From: Vicinamibacterales bacterium
GTDB lineage: Bacteria > Acidobacteriota > Vicinamibacteria > Vicinamibacterales > UBA2999
Direction of reading: 5' to 3'
DNA: 64,000 bases
Assembly: GCA_038919385.1 (NCBI GenBank)
Contig: JBCKZH010000001.1
Location: 26,192-90,191 of the forward strand
In this document: in pieces, positions 21,097 to 29,677 of the stretch
Layout of the letters: each line of letters opens with the position of its first letter
Position numbering within the stretch: position 1 is the stretch's first letter
Position numbers and translations under genes: made by a program
Notes under the pieces: generated by a model
Seen by the model: only the letters and a program-made list of their open reading frames with translations
Told to the model about the DNA's origin: nothing
Databases searched by the model: none

Positions 21097-21235
21097 GAGT
21101 CTGCCCGCCAAGTCGCCACTGTTCTTCGCTGAGTTTCCAGACCTGCAGAATGCGGTCGGCTTCCGGGATGGCGGCCCAATATGCCGCGTCATCGCGGTCG
21201 TGCGCCTGGAGCGACGGATAGACGCGGACCTGCAT
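21050..21235 (-). CDS. Small partner ORF overlapping the NTase start (module 1)
   Basis: MQVRVYPSLQAHDRDDAAYWAAIPEADRILQVWKLSEEQW... aligns with the small ORF of module 2. Its 3' end overlaps the NTase start by 47 nt in another frame. Confidence 0.5.
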   Translation of the reverse strand: MQVRVYPSLQAHDRDDAAYWAAIPEADRILQVWKLSEEQWRLGGQTHESGLCRSVASVRRP

Positions 21236-21335
21236 CCGGGCGCGTCGGCTCGAGGCGGCATCCATGACGGCCAGTATCCCACGGTTGCAGTGCTACGGGG
21301 AGCCAACATCGAGGTTATGGTAGTATTCCCTTGTT

Positions 21336-21617
21336 ATGGCACGAGCGACGTTCTCGTTAGACGAGGCCACCATCACCGAGATTCGGCGCACGGCGGCGCG
21401 CTTGCGGAAGCCGCAGAGCCATGTGGTTCGCGAGGCAGTGGCCGACTACGCCGCCCGCACGGATCGGCTGAGTGAGCGGGAGCGTTCGCACTTAATGGGG
21501 GTACTTGAAGGGCTGCGCGCCACCCGGCCGACCCGGCCGGCCACGGCGGTGGACGCTGAACTGAAGACCCTGCGAACCGCCCGACGCATCGGCGGACGCC
21601 GGCATCGGCAGGCATGA
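21336..21617 (+). CDS. vapB: Ribbon-helix-helix (CopG-type) antitoxin
   Basis: 93 aa. MARATFSLDEATITEIRRTAARL... is a typical RHH N-terminus. ATGA overlap with the PIN gene. Confidence 0.8.
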   Translation: MARATFSLDEATITEIRRTAARLRKPQSHVVREAVADYAARTDRLSERERSHLMGVLEGLRATRPTRPATAVDAELKTLRTARRIGGRRHRQA

Positions 21618-21988
21618 TCGTTCACGTCGATACCAGCGCCCTGGTTGATGCCCTCACCGGGCCGCGCCGCTCGTTGGAAACGCTGATCGGCTTGACCGAC
21701 CAAGGCCACCGCCTGGTGCTCTCGACCATCGTCCTCTACGAATGGCTGCGCGGACCAAGGGTCAAAGCCGACCTCGCCGCTCAAGAAGCGCTGTTCCCGT
21801 CCGAGCAGGCGGTGGCGTTCGGCCCCGCCGAGGCCGCCGCCGCGGCCCGCCTTTACAAACAGGTCTCGCGTCCACGCGGCCGGGAGATCGACCTCGCGGT
21901 GGCCGCTTCGGCGCTGTCGAATGGGGCGGCCATCTGGACGCTCAACCCAGCTGACTTTCGCGACATCCCCGGCCTGCGTCTGATCTGA
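21614..21988 (+). CDS. vapC: PIN-domain toxin (VapC family)
   Basis: 124 aa. MIVHVDTSALV, EIDLAVAASAL, IWTLNPADF. Confidence 0.85.
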   Translation: MIVHVDTSALVDALTGPRRSLETLIGLTDQGHRLVLSTIVLYEWLRGPRVKADLAAQEALFPSEQAVAFGPAEAAAAARLYKQVSRPRGREIDLAVAASALSNGAAIWTLNPADFRDIPGLRLI

Positions 21989-22130
21989 AGCCGCGCCGAG
22001 TATCTGGATGACTGGTCGCGCGACGGCCAGCGACCAAGCCGCCGCGGCCTCGCTCAATTACCTGAACGTCATCATCAACTGGCCGGGGCTGCTCAAGAAC
22101 GATCGAGAGTAACGCGGGCGGCCCACCCCG

Positions 22131-22577
22131 CTATCGACCGGATTCCAGCAGGTCGGCATCGACCAGGTCCTGTGGCCGACCGACCTTTCGCTTGTTGGCA
22201 ATCAGGTGAGAACGGCCGATGACCGGAATCAGGATGCCGTCGATGTCAACGTTCACGCGACCTGTCCACGCCTGGTCGAATTGCACGCCGTCGACCTTCG
22301 TGATCACATCCACGCGGTTCGGCGGAACGCCGACCTGATAAATCGTGCCCTCGGTGGCAAGATCCTCCGCGGTCAGGCCATGCCGCGGCGCCCCGAATGT
22401 ATCGAGCGCGTGGAGCACGCGCTCGGCGTTGTCGGCGTGCGGCCTGACCCACAGGTCGAGATCCTTGGTCGCCCTGGGGAAGCGATGCGCAGCCATCGCG
22501 TATCCACCAACCACCAGGAATTCAACGCGGTGTTCGATGAATGCCGACAATATGTCGCGGAAGTCGGGATTCAGCAA
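22131..22577 (-). CDS. Minimal nucleotidyltransferase-fold protein (module 2)
   Basis: LNPDFRDILSAFIEHRVEFLVVGGYAMAAHRFPRATKDLDLWV aligns along its length with module 1. The TTG at 22577 aligns with the module-1 start; an alternative ATG is at 22604. Confidence 0.75.
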   Translation of the reverse strand: MLNPDFRDILSAFIEHRVEFLVVGGYAMAAHRFPRATKDLDLWVRPHADNAERVLHALDTFGAPRHGLTAEDLATEGTIYQVGVPPNRVDVITKVDGVQFDQAWTGRVNVDIDGILIPVIGRSHLIANKRKVGRPQDLVDADLLESGR

Positions 22578-22734
22578 CGCGTTCCCCTGCAAAGGCCCAC
22601 GCATCCAGGGTCAGTTGCCACATCATGGCCAGGCGCTCGGCGGGTGATCGCGAACGCCAGTACTGCTCGTCCGCGCGCTCCTCGTCCTCGAAGCTCCTGA
22701 ACAAGCGGCACTGGATATTCGCTCGGACGCTCAC
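22522..22734 (-). CDS. Small partner ORF overlapping the NTase start (module 2)
   Basis: GTG at 22734: SVRANIQCRLFRSFEDEERADEQYWRSRSPAERLAMMWQLTLDAW. Overlaps the NTase gene by 56-83 nt. Confidence 0.5.
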   Translation of the reverse strand: MSVRANIQCRLFRSFEDEERADEQYWRSRSPAERLAMMWQLTLDAWAFAGERVAESRLPRHIVGIHRTPR

Positions 22735-22792
22735 GATGCCTCTATTATCCCACACCAAGTGCGCGGAGACGAGAGGCCGCATTCGGGCGCCC

Positions 22793-23239
22793 TCAGGCGC
22801 CCATGACCCGGGCGAGAAGCGGGTGCCTCACCTTCGCAAACGGATTGACGACCGTCACGCCGCCCCAGGTAAAACCCTCCTGTAGATCTTCCGACAGCAG
22901 CAGCCGGCACCGGGCGTCGGCCGCGGCCGCCACCATGACGGCATCCCACATGAAGAGCTGGTGATCCACCGACAGATCCATCGCGGCCAGCAGTACCTCA
23001 GACGACGACTCGATCGAGGGAAACGCGTCACCCCATTCGAGCACCGCTGCTCTGGCCTTCGCGCGAGTCCGTCCGGCCTTGCGGACCAGCACCGTGTAGA
23101 GCTCCCCCAACGCCTGGACCGGAACGAAGGTCTCCTCGGGGCGCAGCCGTTCGATCAACTCGAGCGCCGTGCCACGACGAGCCTCGCCGTTGACGCCTTC
23201 GGCATAGGCCAGCACGTTGGTGTCGAGCGCGAGCGTCAC
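22793..23239 (-). CDS. vapC: PIN-domain toxin (VapC family)
   Basis: 148 aa. MTLALDTNVLAY, DAVMVAAAADARCRLLLSEDLQ. Confidence 0.85.
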   Translation of the reverse strand: MTLALDTNVLAYAEGVNGEARRGTALELIERLRPEETFVPVQALGELYTVLVRKAGRTRAKARAAVLEWGDAFPSIESSSEVLLAAMDLSVDHQLFMWDAVMVAAAADARCRLLLSEDLQEGFTWGGVTVVNPFAKVRHPLLARVMGA

Positions 23240-23484
23240 TTGCGGTCCTGGTAGAGCGACGCCCGCGTCCAGCGACCAACGTTCACCGAAGGCTGACCCG
23301 ACAGACGCGCGACGAGACTGCGGTGGGCGTTGCCAGCCGCCCCCGCGTCACCGGAGAAGGCCACGATCTTCGCGGCCGGCTTGCCATGCACGGTCACGAC
23401 CACGGTCTGGCCGTCCCGCACTTTGCGCAGCAGTTCGGAAAATTTCCGGTTGGCCTCGGCGGCGGTAATGGTCTCGGCAGTCAT
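23236..23484 (-). CDS. Phd/YefM family antitoxin
   Basis: 82 aa. ITAAEANRKFSELLRKVRDGQTVVVTVHGKPAAKIV. 4-nt overlap with the PIN gene. Confidence 0.85.
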   Translation of the reverse strand: MTAETITAAEANRKFSELLRKVRDGQTVVVTVHGKPAAKIVAFSGDAGAAGNAHRSLVARLSGQPSVNVGRWTRASLYQDRK

Positions 23485-23546
23485 GATGTAGTGAAGGTAA
23501 CTACTTTCACGCCCAGCGTCAAGTCACGCCGCGCTGGCTCAGGACG

Positions 23547-25214
23547 TCAAGAGTGGATCCCCGGCGCCTCGTGACCCGTGCGTTCGACGTACTCGACGTA
23601 CGACCCGGGGTAGGCGTGCGGATGCGCGTCCGTGCCGGACTCGCCGCCCAGTTCCAGCACGCGATTGCTGATCCCGCGCAGGAACGCGCGATCGTGCGAG
23701 ACGAAGATCATCGTCCCCTCGAACGCCTTCAGCGAATCGACCAGCATTTCCTTGGTCGCCAGATCGAGGTGGTTGGTCGGTTCGTCCAGCACCAGGAAGT
23801 TCGGCGGATCGAACAGCATCCGCGCCATCACCAGGCGCGACTTCTCGCCGCCAGATAACGCGCGGATCTTCTTGTCGACATCATCTCCGGAGAATTGGAA
23901 GGCGCCGGCGAGCGACCGCAAGGCGCCGGCACCCTCGCGCGGGAAATCTTTCTGCAACTGCTCGAACACCGTCAGGTCGCCGTCGAGCAAGTCGAGTGAC
24001 TGCTGGGCGAAGTAGCCTATCTTGAGGCTCGCGCCCAGCCGCACGTCGCCGGTATCAGGCGCCAGCGCGCCGGCCAGCATCTTGAGCAGCGTCGTCTTGC
24101 CGGCGCCGTTCCGGCCCATCACCGCCCAGCGCTCGCCGCGGCGGATGGTGAGGTTGAAGTCCTCGTAGATGACGCGCTTGCCGTAGGCCTTGCCCAGCCC
24201 TTCGATTACCGCTACCTGATCCCCGGAGCGTGGCGGATCCTTGAACGTGAACTTGACGACGACGCGCTGCTTCGGCAACTCGATCTTCTCGATCTTGTCG
24301 AGCGCCTTGATCCGGCTTTGCACCTGCGCGGCCTTGGACGCGTGCGTCTTGAAGCGGTCGATGAAGCGCTGTTGTTTGGCCAGCATCGACTGCTGGCGGG
24401 CGTACGCGGCCTCCTTGTTGGTCTCGCGCGTGGCGCGCTCGCGCTCGTAGAAGTCGTAGTCCCCCGAATAGACCGTGATCTCGCCGCTGTCGATCTCGGC
24501 GATCTTCGAGACGATGCGGTTCATGAATTCGCGATCGTGCGAGGTCATGAGCAGCGCGCCCTCGTGGGACGTGAGGAAGCTTTCGAGCCAGATGATCGAT
24601 TCGAGGTCGAGATGGTTGGTCGGCTCGTCCATCAGCAGCACGTCGGGCTTGCCAAGCAGCACACGCGCCATCGCCACGCGCATTTTCCAGCCGCCCGACA
24701 GCGCGCCCACGTCGCCATCAATCCGCTCATCGTCAAAGCCGAGGCCGTGCAGCACTTCGCGCGCCTGGCTTTCGAGCGCGTAGCCACCGAGGTGGTCGTA
24801 CTCTTCCTGGACCTCGCCAAAGCGGGCGAGGATCTTATCCAGGTCGCCGGCGCGCGCCGGATCGCCCATGGCGTGCTGCAGTTCCTCGAGTTCGTGATGC
24901 AGGTCGCCGACGCGGCCGCTGCCGGCAATCGCCTCGTCCAGCACCGTGCGGCCCGACATCTCGTCGACGTCCTGGCGGAAGTAGCCAATGGTCAGCTTCT
25001 TCGGCACCGTCACTTCGCCCTCGTCTGGCGCTTCTTCGCCGACGATCATGCGGAAGATGGTGGTCTTGCCGGCGCCGTTGGGTCCGACCAGGCCGACCTT
25101 GTCACCGGGGTTGAGCTGGAACGACGCCTCGACGAAGAGGAGTTGTTTGCCGTACTGCTTGTTGATGTTGGCGAAGGCGATCAAGGGGTTACCAGTATAG
25201 CCGTGCGCGGTCAC
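23547..25214 (-). CDS. ABC-F family ATPase (two ABC domains, no TMD)
   Basis: Two Walker A motifs (GPNGAGKTT, GRNGAGKTT) and two signatures (LSGGWKMR, LSGGEKSR). Start ambiguous: GTG 25214 or TTG 25184. The longer track ORF to 25418 would run through the riboswitch. Confidence 0.9.
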   Translation of the reverse strand: MTAHGYTGNPLIAFANINKQYGKQLLFVEASFQLNPGDKVGLVGPNGAGKTTIFRMIVGEEAPDEGEVTVPKKLTIGYFRQDVDEMSGRTVLDEAIAGSGRVGDLHHELEELQHAMGDPARAGDLDKILARFGEVQEEYDHLGGYALESQAREVLHGLGFDDERIDGDVGALSGGWKMRVAMARVLLGKPDVLLMDEPTNHLDLESIIWLESFLTSHEGALLMTSHDREFMNRIVSKIAEIDSGEITVYSGDYDFYERERATRETNKEAAYARQQSMLAKQQRFIDRFKTHASKAAQVQSRIKALDKIEKIELPKQRVVVKFTFKDPPRSGDQVAVIEGLGKAYGKRVIYEDFNLTIRRGERWAVMGRNGAGKTTLLKMLAGALAPDTGDVRLGASLKIGYFAQQSLDLLDGDLTVFEQLQKDFPREGAGALRSLAGAFQFSGDDVDKKIRALSGGEKSRLVMARMLFDPPNFLVLDEPTNHLDLATKEMLVDSLKAFEGTMIFVSHDRAFLRGISNRVLELGGESGTDAHPHAYPGSYVEYVERTGHEAPGIHS

Positions 25215-25226
25215 GTCATTCGCGCG

Positions 25227-25235
25227 TGGTATAAC
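25227..25235 (+). promoter_or_regulatory. Candidate extended -10 promoter element for the riboswitch-TBDR transcript
   Basis: TGgTATAAC lies ~15 nt upstream of the first riboswitch helix. Confidence 0.3.
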
Positions 25236-25249
25236 AGACAACAGACAAC

Positions 25250-25420
25250 GCTTAGGGTGCCCACGAGGGCCTAACAGGGAAGTCCGGTGCAACACCGGCG
25301 CGGTCCCGCCACTGTAAGGAAGGAACGCCCGCTTCGAATACCACTCGGCATGGTGCCGGGGAAGGTGAAGCGGGTCGCAGTCACCACTGCATCCTCCAAG
25401 CCAGGAGACCTGCCCCAAGC
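25250..25420 (+). promoter_or_regulatory. Cobalamin (B12) riboswitch
   Basis: AACAGGGAAGTCCGGTGCAACACCGGCGCGGTCCCGCCACTGTAAGG core. CCACTCGG...GGGGAAGGTG. B12 box AAGCCAGGAGACCTGCC at 25398-25414. P1 is GCTTAGGG / CCCCAAGC. Sits directly 5' of a TonB-dependent receptor. Confidence 0.88.
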
Positions 25421-25455
25421 GTCAACCCATCGACGTGCCCGGGGAGGCAACGCTC

Positions 25456-27828
25456 ATGCATCTCGTATTCCGTACTGCGCTCGTTTTTACTTTCAGCTTT
25501 TTCATTCTTACTTCGACAGCGGCTTCGCAGTCGGGCATCGCCATTCGCGGTGTGGTGTCCGACACTTCAGGCGCGGTCGTCGCCGGTGCCACGGTTGACG
25601 CCGTCGTCGCCGGACGCGCCATCGCCAGCGCGGCGACCGGGGCGGACGGGTCGTATCGTGTGGAGGTCCCAGCCGGCGTGCCGGTGGAGATCCGCGTTCA
25701 CCGTGAGGGCTTCGCCGATCGGACGATCGCGCTGGCGGGCGCGACGCAACCGCTGACCCGCAACCTGACGCTGCAGATCGGCGGCGTGTCCGACACCCTG
25801 GTGGTGACCGCATCGCGCGCGGCCCAAGGCCGCGCGAGCGTGACCGAATCGGTCACCGCGTTCACGCGCGCCGAGATCGCGGCGCTCGGCAGCACCTCGC
25901 TGGCCGACGTGGTGCGATTTGTCCCAGGCGTGAGCATCGCCAGCAACGGCCGCGAAGGCGCGTTGACGTCGATGTTTTCGCGCGGCGGCGAATCGGACTA
26001 CAACCTGGTCCTGATTGACGGCGTGCGCGTCAACCAGAGCGGAGGGGTCTTCGACTTTGGCCGCATCAGCGCCGCGGAGATCGACCGGGTCGAGGTGGTT
26101 CGAGGGGCGCAGTCGGCGCTCTGGGGATCCGACGCCATGGGATCGGTGGTGCAGATCTTCACCAGGCGGGCGGGAGCGAGCGATCGTCTGCAGGCCACCG
26201 GCTCGGCGGAAGGCGGATCGTTCGGCACCTTCCGCGGCGATGCCCGCATTCACGGCGCCGCGGCGCGATCGGTCGACTACGCCGCCGGGGTGTCGCGCCG
26301 CTCGTCGGACGGCGCGTTTGCCGACCTGCTCACCGAAGACGATCGCTTCGAGCAGACAGCGGTGGATGGCACGGTCGGCGCCACGCTGGGCGATCGCCTC
26401 GCGCTGCGCGGCGGCATGCGCTACACCAAGGCAGATGGCAAGTCCGTCGGCGCGATCGCCTACGGCGCAAGAGACAGCGGCGGCGCATACGACACCAAGG
26501 ATCGTTCCGGGCATCTCGACGTCTCGCACTCGATCGGCGGGCGTTACTCCGGCACGGCGTCGTTCAACGCGTTTCGCTACGACGGTCTCTCAGCTGACAC
26601 GATTGGCGACCCCGCCTTTGGAACCTACGCCATCCTCGCCGGCACGCCGAACGCGATCTTCCCCAATGGGTCGCGCCTGGTCCGCCTGGTCGCCGCCGCC
26701 GAGTTCAACAGCTTGGTCGCTGCCGGTGCCACTCCGGGGCCCGGCCAGTTCCTGGCCTCGCGGCAGTCGTCCGACTTTCCGTTCACGAGCGCATCCGAGT
26801 TCGGCCGCACTGCGTTCCGCTACCAGGGCGACTATTCGTGGTCGGGTCACCGGCTGAGCGCCGGCTACGACGGCGAGCGGGAAACCAACCCGCTCGCGGA
26901 CGAGATGGCGCTGACCAACCACGCCGCCTTCGTCCAACAACACTTCACGATCCGCGATCGCTGGTTTGCGACCCTCGGCGCCCGCATGGATAGCAAGGAG
27001 AGCTACGACACGTTCTTCAGCCCGAAGCTGTCGATTGGCGGCTACCTGGTGCCGTTCCGGAACGGCGGCGTGTCGTCGCTGAAGGTGTTTGGCAATCTCG
27101 GCAAGGGCATCAAGTCGCCGTCACTCAGCGAGCGCTTCGGCGGCCCGTTCGCCGATCCGGCACCCGATCTGGAAGTCGAACGCGCGCGCACCGGCGATCT
27201 CGGCGTCGAGGCGACGTTCGCGTCGCAGCGGTTCCGCGCGCTGGTCACCTACTTCAACAACGACTACACCGGCCAGATCGCCTATCGCGGCGGCGTCGCC
27301 GGCGACGGCGTCTCGGAGTACATCAACATCGACGGCTCGAAGGCGGACGGCTGGGAGGCCGAGTGGATGCTGCAGCGGCCGGTGCTCGGCGTCACCGCGT
27401 CGGCCAGCTACGCGCTGGTCGATCATCGCGTCGTCACCAACATCAGCACGAGCCAGCAGTTTCAGCCGGGTCAGCCGTTGCTGCGGCGGCCGAAGCATGC
27501 CGGTGCGGTCCGCGCATCGTGGGTCCATGGTCGTGCCTCGGTCTCGTTCAACGCGCGCATCGTCGGCGACCGTCACGACAATAGCTTCCTGTCGCTGCAC
27601 ACGGTGCCCAACGCCGCGCGGCCGACCGCCATCACCACGGACATCACCGTGAATCCGGGCTACGCAGTGATGGGGCTGGCCCTCGACATCCGCGCCCACG
27701 ACACGGTGACCTTGTTCGTGCGTGGCGACAACATCGGTGATGAAGCGTACGAGAGCGTGCTGGGTTACCCGGCGCTGCCGCGCGCGTTGGTCGCCGGTGC
27801 CCGGTTCAACCTCGGCACGCGTCGGTAA
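25456..27828 (+). CDS. btuB: TonB-dependent receptor, riboswitch-controlled (BtuB-like) with extra N-terminal carboxypeptidase-regulatory-like domain
   Basis: ATG at 25456 (MHLVFRTALVFTFSFFILTSTAASQ). Plug motifs DTLVVTASR, VVRFVPGV, NLVLIDGVRVN, IDRVEVVRGAQSALWGSDAMGSVVQIFT. C-terminal ARFNLGTRR. The B12 assignment rests on the riboswitch. Confidence 0.85.
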   Translation: MHLVFRTALVFTFSFFILTSTAASQSGIAIRGVVSDTSGAVVAGATVDAVVAGRAIASAATGADGSYRVEVPAGVPVEIRVHREGFADRTIALAGATQPLTRNLTLQIGGVSDTLVVTASRAAQGRASVTESVTAFTRAEIAALGSTSLADVVRFVPGVSIASNGREGALTSMFSRGGESDYNLVLIDGVRVNQSGGVFDFGRISAAEIDRVEVVRGAQSALWGSDAMGSVVQIFTRRAGASDRLQATGSAEGGSFGTFRGDARIHGAAARSVDYAAGVSRRSSDGAFADLLTEDDRFEQTAVDGTVGATLGDRLALRGGMRYTKADGKSVGAIAYGARDSGGAYDTKDRSGHLDVSHSIGGRYSGTASFNAFRYDGLSADTIGDPAFGTYAILAGTPNAIFPNGSRLVRLVAAAEFNSLVAAGATPGPGQFLASRQSSDFPFTSASEFGRTAFRYQGDYSWSGHRLSAGYDGERETNPLADEMALTNHAAFVQQHFTIRDRWFATLGARMDSKESYDTFFSPKLSIGGYLVPFRNGGVSSLKVFGNLGKGIKSPSLSERFGGPFADPAPDLEVERARTGDLGVEATFASQRFRALVTYFNNDYTGQIAYRGGVAGDGVSEYINIDGSKADGWEAEWMLQRPVLGVTASASYALVDHRVVTNISTSQQFQPGQPLLRRPKHAGAVRASWVHGRASVSFNARIVGDRHDNSFLSLHTVPNAARPTAITTDITVNPGYAVMGLALDIRAHDTVTLFVRGDNIGDEAYESVLGYPALPRALVAGARFNLGTRR

Positions 27829-27865
27829 CTGTGGCGACACACCTTTAGGTGTGTCGAGGGTGACG

Positions 27866-28299
27866 ATGAGACGCGTCCTCTTCCTAGTTCATGTTTGGAC
27901 TGCCGTGCTGACGGGGCTCTACGTGTTTGTGGTGTCCGTCAGTGGCGCAGCGCTCGTGTTTCGCATCGACATGCAGCGGGCGCTGCATCCACACCTGTTC
28001 ACGGCGGGCGCCAGCGGGCCGTTGGCCGAACCCGTGGCCGTGATCGAGAGCGTGAGCCGCGCCTATCCGCGGCATCGGTTATCGGGGGTGGAGGCGCCGA
28101 CCTCATGGCGGCCAACGTATCTGGTTGCTGGCCGGGCGCACCGGCCGCATGGTGAACGGCATTGGCGCGTTGGCCATCCTGGTGCTGTGCGCGACGGGTC
28201 TGGTGATCTGGTGGCCAGGGGTGAAGGCCTGGCGGCGTGGATTCGTTGTCGGGCTTCATCCTGTGGTGGATCCGCAAGGTCCGCCCGCGCCTGGCATAG
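27866..28299 (+). pseudogene. PepSY-associated TM-helix protein remnant spread over three frames
   Basis: Frame 2: MRRVLFLVHVWTAVLTGLYVFVVSVSGAALVFRIDM... Frame 0 (from ~28125): GRMVNGIGALAILVLCATGLVIWWPGVKAWRRGF. Frame 1: SGFILWWIRKVRPRLA, stop 28297-28299. The total is far shorter than normal family members. Confidence 0.55.
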
Positions 28300-28444
28300 C
28301 CCGGCGACGCGGGTCCTCGGGAGTCTGGTTCGCGCGGGATTGCCGTGGCTAAATCTGCGTAATCTGTGTAATCCACCGTCGCGCTTCGCGCTATGGTGGA
28401 CAGGTCTGCGGCTGTATTCTCGTGGGCAAGAGGCAGGAGCCAGC

Positions 28445-29677
28445 ATGAAGTCCAATTCGACTCGACGAGCGTTTCTCGCGGCGTCTGTGGCCACGGCCGC
28501 GCATGTGTGGATTCCGCGGCCCGTGAAGGGCTACACCGTGGCGGAAGTACTCGCGCCGGTCAAGCCGATGGCGGCCGGCATCTCCAAGTGGGATCTCGAC
28601 ACACCGGCACTTTGTGTCGATCTCGACAAGCTCGAACAGAACATCGCCAAGATGCAGCGATCGCTGGCCGCTAACAAGCTGGGCAGCCGGCCGCACGCCA
28701 AGACCCACAAGTGCGCCGCGATCGCCAAACTGCAGATGGCCGCCGGCGCACTGGGAATCTGTACGGCCAAGCTCAGCGAAGCCGAGGCGCTCGCCGAACA
28801 GGGTCTGGATCGCATCTGCATGACCACTGGCAATCTCTCGCCGAGCAAGATCCGCCGCGCCATGCAGCTGTGCAAGCGCACGCCGCAGTTCATCCAGGCC
28901 GTCGATTACGAGCCGAACGCGCACGACCTGAACGCCGCCGCCAAAGAAGCAGGGATCGTCGCCGACGTCGTGATCGACGTCGCCGTCGGTACGCGCAGTG
29001 GCATTCCTGCTGGAGACGATGCGCTTGCGCTCGCCAAACTGGTTGACCGGCTGCCGAACCTGAAGCTGCGCGGACTGCTGTCGTACGACGGCGGCGCCCA
29101 GCACATCACCGGGTTTGCCACGCGCAAGGAACGCGCGCTGAAGAACATCGCAGACAACGCGCGCACGTTCGAGGCCATGAGGCGCGCCGGTCTCAATACC
29201 GAGATCTTCAGTGGCGGCGGCACCGGCACCTACAGCATCCAACACCTGGTCCCGGGCTTCACCGACGTGCAGGTGGGCAGCTACCTCTTCATGGACATGC
29301 AGTACCTGGCGATTGGCGGCGAAGACGGCAATCCGGTTTACACCGACTTCGCCTCGTCACTGACCGTGCTGGCGACGATCGTCAACAATCGCTTCCCGGG
29401 ACGGCTCACCACCGACGCGGGCGCCAAGGCGCTCACGCTCAACGTGCCGCGCGCGGGTGTGATCGGCGAGCCGGGCATGGACTACAACGCCGGCTCCGAC
29501 GAGTTCGGCACCATTACCTTCAAGGAATCCAGCAAGACCTACCAGATGGGCGACCGCCTCGAGCTGATCGTGCCGCACTGCGACCCGGTCGTGAATCTCT
29601 ACGACTACGTCTATGGCATTCGCCAGGACCGCGTCGAAGTGGTGTGGCCGATCACCGCGCGCGGACACTCCCAGTAG
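28445..29677 (+). CDS. DSD1-family PLP enzyme (D-threonine aldolase / D-serine dehydratase-like, alanine-racemase N-terminal fold) with twin-arginine signal
   Basis: ATG at 28445: MKSNSTRRAFLAASVATAA (S/T-R-R-x-F-L Tat motif). RPHAKTHKC is the putative PLP-Lys segment. The C-terminal region reads LELIVPHCDPVVNLYD. Confidence 0.8.
   Translation: MKSNSTRRAFLAASVATAAHVWIPRPVKGYTVAEVLAPVKPMAAGISKWDLDTPALCVDLDKLEQNIAKMQRSLAANKLGSRPHAKTHKCAAIAKLQMAAGALGICTAKLSEAEALAEQGLDRICMTTGNLSPSKIRRAMQLCKRTPQFIQAVDYEPNAHDLNAAAKEAGIVADVVIDVAVGTRSGIPAGDDALALAKLVDRLPNLKLRGLLSYDGGAQHITGFATRKERALKNIADNARTFEAMRRAGLNTEIFSGGGTGTYSIQHLVPGFTDVQVGSYLFMDMQYLAIGGEDGNPVYTDFASSLTVLATIVNNRFPGRLTTDAGAKALTLNVPRAGVIGEPGMDYNAGSDEFGTITFKESSKTYQMGDRLELIVPHCDPVVNLYDYVYGIRQDRVEVVWPITARGHSQ

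Noticed and set aside
27722-29677. Single 651-aa ORF
   Set aside because: It is a read-through artefact joining three things in one open frame: the 3' end of the receptor frame, the first fragment of the PepSY remnant, and the DSD1 enzyme. The enzyme has its own ATG and Tat signal at 28445.
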